Assembly: GCA_042571645.1 (NCBI GenBank)
Contig: JBHPFW010000001.1
Location: 25,589-89,588, forward strand
DNA: 64,000 nt
From: Nanobdellota archaeon
GTDB lineage: Archaea; Nanobdellota; Nanobdellia; Woesearchaeales; JBHPFW01
Direction of reading: 5' to 3'
The notes beneath the pieces were generated by a model. It was not told where the DNA came from. It made no database searches and was given only the letters and a program-made list of their open reading frames with translations. A program made the translations under genes and the position numbers. Positions 18,348 to 27,375 of the stretch are shown here, piece by piece (the first letter of the stretch is position 1; each line of letters opens with the position of its first letter).

Positions 18348-19154
18348 ATGTTAAATAGGCTAATCGGATTTATTGGGGCTGGAAAAATGGCTCAAGCACT
18401 TATCACGAGTTTGCTAGATACCAATACAGTAGGTTGTGGGCAAATTATTGTTGGTAATAGAAACCAGGAAAAGCTTGAATTACTGCAAAAAGAAACCTGT
18501 GTACAAGTAGCAGCTAACAATATTGAAGTAGCTAAAAAATCAAGTATCTTATTTCTTACAGTTAAACCGCAAGATATGGATTCATTATTGGATGAAATAA
18601 AGGATACTGTAAAAGAAGACCAGATCATAATCTCAATAGCTGCAGGTATTAGTATAGAACAATTAGAATCAAAACTTAAAGCGAAAGTAGTAAGAGTGAT
18701 GCCTAACACTCCCTGCATTGTTGGAGAAATGGCTGCTGGTTATTCATTTGGAAAAGGAATAAAGAATGATGATAAAACTGCAGTTGAAGAATTGCTTAAT
18801 GCTGCTGGAGTTGCAATTGAAGTTGAAGAAGAAAAACTTGATGCAGTTACTGGACTTAGTGGTTCTGGGCCTGCATTTGTTGCATTACTAATCCAAGCAT
18901 TTCAGGAAGCAGGAACTAATCAAGGTCTCAATAAAGAAGAATCTACTAAATTAGCAGTCCAAACTTTCTTAGGTACAGCAAAACTTTTGAAAGAAAAAGA
19001 AATCTCTGCAGAGGAATTAATCAAAATAGTTGCCAGCCCCGGTGGCACAACTGAAAAAGGTTTAGAAGTACTTAATAATTCTAATATCAAAGAACTTATT
19101 GAAAATGCAGTAGTTGCTGCAGCAAGAAGAAGCAAAGAGCTAAGAAGCAAATAA
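18348..19154 (+). CDS. proC: Pyrroline-5-carboxylate reductase
   Basis: IGFIGAGKMAQAL Rossmann start, PNTPCIVGEMAAGY, SPGGTTEKGL. The track start (18249) was moved to the ATG at 18348. Confidence 0.85.
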   Translation: MLNRLIGFIGAGKMAQALITSLLDTNTVGCGQIIVGNRNQEKLELLQKETCVQVAANNIEVAKKSSILFLTVKPQDMDSLLDEIKDTVKEDQIIISIAAGISIEQLESKLKAKVVRVMPNTPCIVGEMAAGYSFGKGIKNDDKTAVEELLNAAGVAIEVEEEKLDAVTGLSGSGPAFVALLIQAFQEAGTNQGLNKEESTKLAVQTFLGTAKLLKEKEISAEELIKIVASPGGTTEKGLEVLNNSNIKELIENAVVAAARRSKELRSK

Positions 19155-19175
19155 TTATATGTAATTGTGATTAAC

Positions 19176-20483
19176 ATGAATGTAACAGATATGGCTAAAA
19201 AAGCAAGAGAATCCTCACTAAAATTAGCTAATTTAGATACTAATACAAAAAATAAAGTACTTGAAGCTATGGCTGTTGCTATTGAAGAAAATACTCAACA
19301 AATTCTTGAAGCTAATAAAAAAGATCTTGATGAAGCTAAAGTACTAGTTGAAAAAGGTGAAATGAGTAATGCTTTATACAAAAGATTAGTTGCAGATGAA
19401 TCTAAAATAAAACAAATGGCTGAAAGCATAAGAAGTGTTGCTAAACTTGAAGATCCTGTTGGTAAAAAAATCTCTGGTTTAGAACTTGACAAAGATCTTG
19501 AACTCTACCAAATAACCTGTCCTATCGGTGTTATTTGTACTATTTTTGAATCCAGACCAGATGTTGTACCCCAAATTACAAGCTTATGCTTAAAATCAGG
19601 TAATGCAGTATTACTTAAAGGGGGCTCTGAAGCTATTAACACAAATAAAGTAATGGTTGAACTACTAGCAAACTCTGGAACAGATGCTGGGGCTCCTGAA
19701 GATTTTGTACAATTATTAGAAACTAGAGAAGATATTCAAAAAATACTTGATTTAGATGAATATGTTAGCTTAATTATTCCTCGGGGAAGTAATGCCTTAG
19801 TGAAACACATTCAAAATAACACCCGCATTCCAGTACTAGGTCATGCTGATGGAATTTGTCATGTTTTTGTTGATAAAGAAGCAGATATAGACCTGGCTGT
19901 TAACATTAGTGTTGATTCTAAAACTCAATATCCTGCTGTCTGCAATGCAATGGAAACTCTTTTAGTAGATGAAAGTGTTGCTGAAGAATTCTTACCTGGA
20001 GCAATCAAGCAGCTCCTAGAAAAAGAAGTAGAGATCAGAGGAGATGAAACTACAACTAAAATTGCAGAAAGTAACAATCTCAAGATCAATAAAGCCGAAG
20101 AAAAGGATTGGTCAACAGAATATAATGACCTAATATTATCAATCAAAGTAGTTAAAGATCTTGATGAGGCTATTTCCCATATAAACAAATTTGGCTCAGG
20201 ACATACAGATTCAATTGTCACAAAAAACCAAGATACTGCTAAGAAATTCCTTGATGAAGTTGATTCTGCTTGTGTATTCCACAACTGCTCAACAAGATTC
20301 AGTGATGGGTTTAGATTTGGCAAAGGAGCAGAAGTTGGCATTTCTACAAATAAGATCCATGCTAGAGGACCTGTTGGATTAGAAGGCCTAGTAATTTACA
20401 AATACAAACTTTATGGAAAAGGCCAAATTGTTGCAGAGTATGGATCAGAAGGGAAAAAGTTTACTCATAAAAAGATAGATTAA
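19176..20483 (+). CDS. proA: Gamma-glutamyl phosphate reductase
   Basis: ESRPDV, LIIPRGSNALV, catalytic AVCNAMETLLV, GHTDSIVT, STRFSDGFRFG. Confidence 0.9.
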   Translation: MNVTDMAKKARESSLKLANLDTNTKNKVLEAMAVAIEENTQQILEANKKDLDEAKVLVEKGEMSNALYKRLVADESKIKQMAESIRSVAKLEDPVGKKISGLELDKDLELYQITCPIGVICTIFESRPDVVPQITSLCLKSGNAVLLKGGSEAINTNKVMVELLANSGTDAGAPEDFVQLLETREDIQKILDLDEYVSLIIPRGSNALVKHIQNNTRIPVLGHADGICHVFVDKEADIDLAVNISVDSKTQYPAVCNAMETLLVDESVAEEFLPGAIKQLLEKEVEIRGDETTTKIAESNNLKINKAEEKDWSTEYNDLILSIKVVKDLDEAISHINKFGSGHTDSIVTKNQDTAKKFLDEVDSACVFHNCSTRFSDGFRFGKGAEVGISTNKIHARGPVGLEGLVIYKYKLYGKGQIVAEYGSEGKKFTHKKID

Positions 20484-20495
20484 GAAACATTCTAC

Positions 20496-21965
20496 TTAAA
20501 TATAAGAAATCACAATTCTGTCAACATTCAATTTATCCAAATTTTTAGGCAGTTTTTCATTTATATAATACTGAGTATTTCCCTTTAAGATTAATCTATG
20601 AGGGATAGTTATGTTATCGAGAACAAAACTGTAATTCATGCAATCTGCCCTGCAATCATCAACCGTGATGTGTTTTCTTTTTGATAATTTATCACAATTT
20701 GCACTTAAACACAACCTAGTTGTTGTTGTGTAAACATATGGAAGATGTAAAGATGATTTTAAGCCGGATTTTCTTAGATCTAAATTAATACCCTGAACAA
20801 CATTATCCAGTTCTATCCTATTTACCCTGTTTTGTTTAAGAAATTCCTGCAAAACACTATTTTCAACATTAGTCTGTTTGAAATAATCATATGCCTTCCT
20901 TGGAATTTCTCCTTTTAATAACTCTGTTCTCGGACCTTTTTTTTGTTCAACAAGGAGCCTCCCAAGCGATAGTTTTAGATGATTCAATAATTTATCACCT
21001 ACAATTCTATTTAACAAACCAAAGTCATTAACAATAACTTCTGCATTAGGCATATTAATACTAATTAATCTAAGAATTCCGATATAAGCCTGGAAATATT
21101 TCTCAGTAAGAAAAGGAGTGACAAAAGTAAGTTTCTTATTCTTTTGCTTGCACAAGTCAAGTACAAATAACATTTCATCTTTAGAAGGAATTAATCTTTG
21201 ACAAAATTCATCACCAAAATAAATCCTTTCAAATGAATCCAACAAAGTATGAGATTTATTATCAATTTTTAATTTTCCTTTAAGTTGTATCAAGTCTTTT
21301 ACCCAAATAGCTTTTTCGCAATTCTTGGGGATGTCAAAATTAAGTTTTTCCAGCTTCTTTTCCTTTCTCCTCTGTAAACTAATAAAAAATCCTTTTTTTT
21401 TCTCAAATTTTATATCATTAAGATAATTAAAATCAAAATACAATCCAAAAAGTCTTGTCAGCTGATTTTTGTTTGAAAAGAATATCCCCTCATAATCATC
21501 ATTTTTATCTGAGAAACATCTAAGGAATATTTTGCCATCATTCTTCAGAACTCTGTCTATTTCTGAGAGATATTTTCTTCTTTTATTTGGCAAAATTGAA
21601 TGATAACAACCTATATCGATAAGGATATCAAATTCATTATCTTTGAAGAGAAGTTCTAAGGCATCTCCAACAAATAATTTTGAGGATTTGCATTTTTTTT
21701 CTGCTAATCTTATTGCTGTTTCAGAAATATCTATTCCAGTAACATTAAAACCGTTTTTCTCGAGGAAAGCTGTGTTTTTTCCATCTCCGCAGCCAAGGTC
21801 CAGAATTTTTAATTTCTGATAATTTTTTTCTTTTTTTAGATCTCTAACTATCTGCTTTATTTCTCTATCTGGTCTGTTACCCCATGGAAGTCTGCTTACT
21901 TTATTATTCTCATAAAAGCTTTCCCATTTCTCTTTTGGTGTTTGTTCTTTTATTGGCATTTTCAT
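20496..21965 (-). CDS. Fusion protein: N-terminal class I SAM methyltransferase plus C-terminal UbiV(YhbV)-like U32-family domain
   Basis: N-terminus: ILDLGCGDGKNTAFLEKNGFNVTGIDISETAI. C-terminus: RIYFGDEFCQRLIP (compare YhbV IYLGEAVCSKR) and LPYVYTTTTRLCLSANC...DDCRADC (compare YhbV LPLAYSARCF...DECETCC), giving four Cys placed like the UbiV 4Fe-4S ligands. Confidence 0.7.
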   Translation of the reverse strand: MKMPIKEQTPKEKWESFYENNKVSRLPWGNRPDREIKQIVRDLKKEKNYQKLKILDLGCGDGKNTAFLEKNGFNVTGIDISETAIRLAEKKCKSSKLFVGDALELLFKDNEFDILIDIGCYHSILPNKRRKYLSEIDRVLKNDGKIFLRCFSDKNDDYEGIFFSNKNQLTRLFGLYFDFNYLNDIKFEKKKGFFISLQRRKEKKLEKLNFDIPKNCEKAIWVKDLIQLKGKLKIDNKSHTLLDSFERIYFGDEFCQRLIPSKDEMLFVLDLCKQKNKKLTFVTPFLTEKYFQAYIGILRLISINMPNAEVIVNDFGLLNRIVGDKLLNHLKLSLGRLLVEQKKGPRTELLKGEIPRKAYDYFKQTNVENSVLQEFLKQNRVNRIELDNVVQGINLDLRKSGLKSSLHLPYVYTTTTRLCLSANCDKLSKRKHITVDDCRADCMNYSFVLDNITIPHRLILKGNTQYYINEKLPKNLDKLNVDRIVISYI

Positions 21966-21980
21966 ATTTTACATTATAGC

Positions 21981-22919
21981 TTAATAAAAAGAGCTGTTTT
22001 TCGGCAATGAAAAACCGAATGAATTCTCAAATAATTCTTCTGCTTTTTCTTGATAATCTTTCTTGCTGCTAATTTTGGTTAATTCTTTCACTAAACTTAC
22101 CACTTTTGCCTTTTCTTTTGTTGGAAATCTTCTTCCAGATATCTTAAGATGACTTACTCCTGCATTCTTAAGTTTAGGTATGTCTTTTACTGCAAAAAAG
22201 AAGCCCAAAGGCAGATTTCTTAGTCGTTGATTAATTATTCTTGCCTTATCCTTGCTTGCCCCTATAACTTCAAACTGATTATATAAATTACAGATATGAT
22301 CCACGCCAAGAATGTCCTCTGTACCATGCTGATATCCGCAAAATCCGTCCTCATTCCTGCATAAGTCATTTGCAACAAAACATTCAAACTCATTGTTTTT
22401 GTTTTTCTGGACTATCGGCTCAATTTCCTCTATTTTTATGTGCCTAGGTAAAACAATTTTTTTTGCTCCTAATCCCGAATAGAATTTTGCAGATTCTGAA
22501 TTATAAACAGATGCACAAGTGCTGATACATATTTTGAAAGTATTTAACAAATCCTTATTTTCTTTCTTATTCAACCACAATAATAAGGACAAATCAGAGA
22601 TAATAATTCCATTAACCTTGTATTCTGCTAATTTTCTTATTTCTTTTTCTAATTCTTTCAACTGTTCTTTTGTATAATATGGAGAATTAAGAGTATAATA
22701 AAGAATTTTTTTCTTTTTTCTGCATTCCTCAGAGATTACCTCTATTTCCTTAAAACTTTTTACCTGAGATTGCTCAAAATAACGTCGGTTAGGTGAAGCG
22801 AGATAGCCATATTTCTTTTTCCACCAACTTGTTAATGCCCCGCAGTAAAATTCATCTGCCCCTGCTTTCGCTAAAGGTGCTATTTCCTCAACTGATTTTA
22901 TTGGAGTTGTTATTTTCAT
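21981..22919 (-). CDS. Peptidase-U32-family protein (UbiU/RlhA/TrhP-like putative Fe-S hydroxylase subunit)
   Basis: AKAGADEFYCG N-terminus. ECFVANDLCRNEDGFC matches the U32 signature E-x-F-x2-G-[SA]-[LIVM]-C-x4-G-x-C except at the G-[SA] positions. Confidence 0.75.
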   Translation of the reverse strand: MKITTPIKSVEEIAPLAKAGADEFYCGALTSWWKKKYGYLASPNRRYFEQSQVKSFKEIEVISEECRKKKKILYYTLNSPYYTKEQLKELEKEIRKLAEYKVNGIIISDLSLLLWLNKKENKDLLNTFKICISTCASVYNSESAKFYSGLGAKKIVLPRHIKIEEIEPIVQKNKNNEFECFVANDLCRNEDGFCGYQHGTEDILGVDHICNLYNQFEVIGASKDKARIINQRLRNLPLGFFFAVKDIPKLKNAGVSHLKISGRRFPTKEKAKVVSLVKELTKISSKKDYQEKAEELFENSFGFSLPKNSSFY

Positions 22920-22937
22920 CTTTATCTCTCTTTAAAA

Positions 22938-24116
22938 CTATCTCCATGATTGCCAAACATTCTTCCTGCCAGGACTTATGGCTTGATCAAAATCTATAAC
23001 ATATAATTTTTTTCCTTCCTTATCAAAACAAAAATTACCAGAATGTAAATGCCCATGAAATATTTTAAGATCGTCTAAAACACGAATTATTTTTTCTCTA
23101 ACTTTATTATATTCCATGAATTTATCCACATCCTGAATCTCACTAATTGAAACCAGATCCCTACCTAAAACCTTACTGTATACCTTAATAGATTCATCTT
23201 TCTGCTTATAGGCCATTAATTCTCCGGAAGAAGGACTACGTACAATTGGTTCGACAGGTATATAATCAAATCCCGCTTTCTTCCATGCCTCTTCTGCTTC
23301 AAAAGCCTTTTTCCAAGCAAGAAAAGCTTTTTCAGATATTACCCTAACAATTATTTTCCCAGCTAAATTTCCACCAAGTAAAATTATATCTGAACCAGTT
23401 TTTTCAAATATCTTTCTTGTAGCACTAGATCTTCTAAAGCCTCTCCTATCCTGCTCAAAAAACTCAGCACGTTGTTTAGAATATAATTTCAAATGTTCTG
23501 TCTTATCGGAGAGAAGTTCAAGAAAGTTTTGTGCACTAGCCTGACTAAGAGGATAATCTGTTCTATGAAGGAAAAGTTCAACTAGCGACACACTTTCAAC
23601 AGATTTTAACTGAAATAAAGAACCAATTGTCATGGAACACAGGTAATCTACATGATCTACATCAGTATTATCTACATCAATAAAAAGAAGTTGCTCTACT
23701 AGGATAGCGCAGGAATCTTTCTGATATTTAGCCAAACCCAAACCACGCAAAGCCTCATCTTGCTTGTATAGATTTCTATGCCTTAAAAGGACGGCAAATT
23801 TCTTAAGTTTCTTTGGTAAAGAATTAACTATTTTATTAAATTCTTTTTCAGACAATCGTCTATTTAATATATAAAATTCTTTTTCATTTATTATCTTTGG
23901 CACTAATTCTGATTTGAACCGTTTTAATTGTTTTCTAAATTCTTCTAGAGTGATTTTATTTTTACAGTAACGCTCAATAAAACCATATTCAAAGAGTTTT
24001 TCCCTTTTATCATCCGACAAAAAAGCCAGAGGATCTATTTTTATTCTATTAAAAGAACTAAAGATATTTGGAAAATTAATAGAAATGATTGGATAGAGAA
24101 ATGGTATTTGATTCAT
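22938..24116 (-). CDS. Atypical protein-kinase-fold (RIO/Kdo-kinase-like) protein with large helical N-terminal region
   Basis: C-terminal catalytic-loop-like HGHLHSGNFCF and a metal-binding VIDFDQA. Upstream GKIIVRVISEKAF...EAE resembles the beta3-Lys / helix-C Glu. The ATG overlaps the upstream stop (ATGA). Confidence 0.55.
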   Translation of the reverse strand: MNQIPFLYPIISINFPNIFSSFNRIKIDPLAFLSDDKREKLFEYGFIERYCKNKITLEEFRKQLKRFKSELVPKIINEKEFYILNRRLSEKEFNKIVNSLPKKLKKFAVLLRHRNLYKQDEALRGLGLAKYQKDSCAILVEQLLFIDVDNTDVDHVDYLCSMTIGSLFQLKSVESVSLVELFLHRTDYPLSQASAQNFLELLSDKTEHLKLYSKQRAEFFEQDRRGFRRSSATRKIFEKTGSDIILLGGNLAGKIIVRVISEKAFLAWKKAFEAEEAWKKAGFDYIPVEPIVRSPSSGELMAYKQKDESIKVYSKVLGRDLVSISEIQDVDKFMEYNKVREKIIRVLDDLKIFHGHLHSGNFCFDKEGKKLYVIDFDQAISPGRKNVWQSWR

Positions 24117-24391
24117 TTCTTATCACCCTTAACTTCATCCAACTTTGTCTTTAAAACAAGATTACAATAACCATAAACCATTTTTTTGTCTAGTTTGCCT
24201 TTTCTCGGAAATAATTCAACGATGATATAAGAAGAATCCCCTTCTGATTGTCTCTGAAAAAAAGAGAATGTCATTGAAGAGTTTATATCATCATAATATT
24301 TTGTTGCTGCTGCTCCAATATGATGAGTTGTATAAAAATGCCTGCTTAATTTCAATCTTGCTTTATTTTTGAGAAACTTTAATCTTAACAT
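24113..24391 (-). CDS. Hypothetical small protein (92 aa), operon member
   Basis: ATG start, translationally coupled (ATGA) to the downstream kinase-like gene. No family recognised. Confidence 0.4.
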   Translation of the reverse strand: MLRLKFLKNKARLKLSRHFYTTHHIGAAATKYYDDINSSMTFSFFQRQSEGDSSYIIVELFPRKGKLDKKMVYGYCNLVLKTKLDEVKGDKK

Positions 24392-24418
24392 TACACTAAC
24401 AACCCCCTAGCAATCAAA

Positions 24419-24682
24419 TTATTTTGATTTTCCTTTTGATGTAATCAACAAATCCATGAATTTATTACAAGTATCTTCAATTGAACCCTCAGATCTAAGC
24501 CTCAACTCAATTAGTAATTCCTGCTCAGGATCTCCATCAAGAATTATTACTGCTTTTTCCATGATTTCTTCAGCTGCCTTATAGATCTTATCTAATGAAT
24601 AAATGCCTGGATCAAGGCTTATTATGGCAGCATTCCGCTTTTTGTCAATCTCAATATTTTCCAGCATATTGTATTTTTGCAT
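24419..24682 (-). CDS. Hypothetical small protein (87 aa)
   Basis: C-terminal part of track ORF 24419..25054, starting at MQKYNMLENIE. The longer N-terminal extension is antisense to proB and was rejected. Confidence 0.4.
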   Translation of the reverse strand: MQKYNMLENIEIDKKRNAAIISLDPGIYSLDKIYKAAEEIMEKAVIILDGDPEQELLIELRLRSEGSIEDTCNKFMDLLITSKGKSK

Positions 24683-24767
24683 ATATCCTTCTGGTAATGG
24701 ATTGTTTTTAAATTTAGCCTCTTTATGGACTAAAACTTTATAAATAAACTGGGCTTGATTTGATAAT

Positions 24768-25889
24768 ATGAGAGACACAATAAAACATGCTAAAAGAATT
24801 GTAATCAAGATAGGTACAAGTGTCATAACTGACAAAAAAGGTAGAATAAATTCTAAATATATGAAAAATCTTGCCAAGCAAATTATGGGTATAAAAAGGC
24901 AAGGCAAAGAAATTATCATGGTTAGTTCTGGTGCTATTGGCTCTGGCATGGAAGAACTCCAACTCAACCAACGCCCAAGACTCATCCCTTTAAAACAAGC
25001 TACAGCAGCTATTGGCCAGCCATTAATGATGCAGGCATGGAGAGATGTATTCAAGAAATATAAGCAGTCAGTAGCTCAGCTTCTTATAACATATAAGAAT
25101 TTCTCTCACAGAGAGACATATCTTAATTTAAGAAACGCATTAGGCAAACTCCTGGCTTTAGGAGCTATACCTGTTGTGAATGAAAATGATGTTGTTAGCA
25201 TAGAAGAAATAGATGCAACCTTTGGGGATAATGATAAACTTTCCAGTATGGTGGCTACTAGAATGGATGCTGATCTTCTGATAATATTATCTGATGTTGA
25301 CGGACTTTATGACCATAATCCTAAAAGAAGAAAAGATGCAAAACTCATAAACACAGTCGAAAAAATCACTAAGGAAATTGAAAAAATGGCTTTTGATGAC
25401 AAAAGCTCCACTAGAGCTGTAGGGGGAATGAAAGCAAAAATTGAAGCTGCAAAAATCTGCATGGAAGACTGCTGTCAAATGATAATAGCAGACGGCTCTG
25501 AAAAAAATATACTTACAGAGATTTTCGAAGGTGAAGAAATTGGCACAATATTCTTATGCTCTCCAAAAAAACTCTCAAACAAAGAAAAATGGATATCTCA
25601 TTCAAGATCAAAAGGAAGCTTAATTATCGATGATGGAGCAGAAAACGCTCTAAAAAACAAAAGAAGTTTATTGCCTTCAGGAGTCAAAGGATTAAAAGGA
25701 AGTTTTGAAGTAGGAGATGTTGTAACTCTTATCAATAATAAGAAAGAAATTGGCAAAGGCCTTACTGATTATTCCTCAAGTGAACTCAAGAGAATCAAAG
25801 GCAAAAAAACAGACAAAATAGAGAAAATCCTGGGCTATAAGAATTATGATTCTGTTATAAGAAGGGAAAATCTTATAATAAAGGAATAA
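24768..25889 (+). CDS. proB: Glutamate 5-kinase with C-terminal PUA domain
   Basis: RIVIKIGTSVITD, VSSGAIGSG, NENDVVS, GGMKAKIEAA, C-terminal PUA-like LLPSGVKGLKGSFEVGDVV. Confidence 0.9.
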   Translation: MRDTIKHAKRIVIKIGTSVITDKKGRINSKYMKNLAKQIMGIKRQGKEIIMVSSGAIGSGMEELQLNQRPRLIPLKQATAAIGQPLMMQAWRDVFKKYKQSVAQLLITYKNFSHRETYLNLRNALGKLLALGAIPVVNENDVVSIEEIDATFGDNDKLSSMVATRMDADLLIILSDVDGLYDHNPKRRKDAKLINTVEKITKEIEKMAFDDKSSTRAVGGMKAKIEAAKICMEDCCQMIIADGSEKNILTEIFEGEEIGTIFLCSPKKLSNKEKWISHSRSKGSLIIDDGAENALKNKRSLLPSGVKGLKGSFEVGDVVTLINNKKEIGKGLTDYSSSELKRIKGKKTDKIEKILGYKNYDSVIRRENLIIKE

Positions 25890-25920
25890 ATTCCATTAAT
25901 TAAAACTTACTTGTTTAAAA

Positions 25921-27375
25921 ATGGCAAAAGAAAAAGAACTTACACAGGGAATTACTGTAAAAAAAGATGAGGATTTTGGTGAGTGGTACTCCCAAGTAAT
26001 CCAGAAATCAGAATTAGCTGATTATAGTGCTGTCTCGGGTTGTATTGTGTTTAGGCCTTATTCTTATGAAATCTGGGAAAGAATCAAGCAATTAATGGAC
26101 GAACGTATAAAGAAACTTGGTGTGCAAAATGCTTATTTCCCATTATTCATTCCTGAATCCTTGTTAACAAAAGAAGAAGAGCATGTTGAGGGTTTTGCTC
26201 CAGAAGTAGCTTGGGTTACACATGGAGGAAATACAGAACTTGGTGAAAGACTAGCTGTTAGACCAACATCTGAAACAATTATGTATGATTCTTATTCAAA
26301 ATGGATCAGAAGCCACAGAGATCTTCCACTCAAATTAAATCAATGGAACTCTGTCGTAAGATGGGAATTCAAGCATCCTGTGCCGTTCCTTAGAACCAGA
26401 GAATTCCTTTGGAATGAAGGACATACTGCTTTTGCCACAAAAAAAGAAGCCGAACAGGAAATTAAAGATATTCTTGAAGCTCAAAAAGATGTTGTTCACA
26501 ATAATTTAGCATTATATGGCATAACTGGCAGAAAATCTCAGAAAGAGAAATTTGCTGGAGCAGAATATAGCATGGCCATGGAACATTATATGCCTTCTGG
26601 AAAGGCCATCCAAGGTTCTGATGCTCATTTTGATGGTCAGAATTTTGCTAAAGCTTATGATATAAAATTCTTGGATAAAGATGGAAAATCACAATATGTT
26701 TGGCAAAATACCTGGGCTATTACAACAAGAATGATTGGAGTAATGATTGCTGTTCACGGCGATGATAAAGGTTTAGTGATACCTCCAAGAATGGCTCCTA
26801 CTAAAGCAGTTATTGTTCCTATTTTATTTGACAAAACCAAAAAAGAAGTTCTTGAAAAATGCAATGAAATCAAAAAAGAACTGGAAAAGAAAAACCTTGC
26901 AGTACATCTTGACGATCGTGAAGAAGTCAGTGCGGGCTGGAAATACAATGAATGGGAGTTAAAAGGCATTCCAATAAGAATTGAACTCGGCCCTAAGGAT
27001 CTAGAAAAACAACAAGCAGTTGTTGTAAGAAGAGACACTGCAGAGAAAGAATTTATTCCACTAAAAGATGTTTCTAAAAAAGTAAATGATTTGCTTGAAA
27101 ACATGCAAAAAGATCTGTTTGAGAAATCCAAAAAAATGATGCTTGATGCTATTGTCAGTGTTAAAACCGAAGAAGAATTCAAAAAAGTTATTGAATCTGA
27201 CAAGATTGCTAAAGCTTATTTCTGCAATGACCCTAAAGAAGAAGAAATAATAAAAGACAAATATGGCGGTGCAAAGACTTTGTGCAGTCCACTTGAAGAC
27301 TCAGCCAAGAAAGGAAAGTGTATTTTTACTGGTAAAGAAGATTGCCAGATATTTTTGTTTTGTAAGACTTATTGA
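25921..27375 (+). CDS. proS: Prolyl-tRNA synthetase, archaeal/eukaryotic type
   Basis: Class II motifs (FRPYSYEIWE, RPTSET, FLRTREFLWNEGHT), anticodon-binding domain, and a C-terminal Zn-like domain ending in the conserved terminal Tyr (..CKTY), followed by TGA. Confidence 0.92.
   Translation: MAKEKELTQGITVKKDEDFGEWYSQVIQKSELADYSAVSGCIVFRPYSYEIWERIKQLMDERIKKLGVQNAYFPLFIPESLLTKEEEHVEGFAPEVAWVTHGGNTELGERLAVRPTSETIMYDSYSKWIRSHRDLPLKLNQWNSVVRWEFKHPVPFLRTREFLWNEGHTAFATKKEAEQEIKDILEAQKDVVHNNLALYGITGRKSQKEKFAGAEYSMAMEHYMPSGKAIQGSDAHFDGQNFAKAYDIKFLDKDGKSQYVWQNTWAITTRMIGVMIAVHGDDKGLVIPPRMAPTKAVIVPILFDKTKKEVLEKCNEIKKELEKKNLAVHLDDREEVSAGWKYNEWELKGIPIRIELGPKDLEKQQAVVVRRDTAEKEFIPLKDVSKKVNDLLENMQKDLFEKSKKMMLDAIVSVKTEEEFKKVIESDKIAKAYFCNDPKEEEIIKDKYGGAKTLCSPLEDSAKKGKCIFTGKEDCQIFLFCKTY

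Noticed and set aside
24683-25054. N-terminal 124-aa extension of track ORF 24419..25054
   Set aside because: It is antisense to the well-supported proB coding region (24768-25889). It is hydrophobic low-complexity sequence typical of a shadow ORF, and only the distal 87 aa lie in otherwise non-coding DNA.
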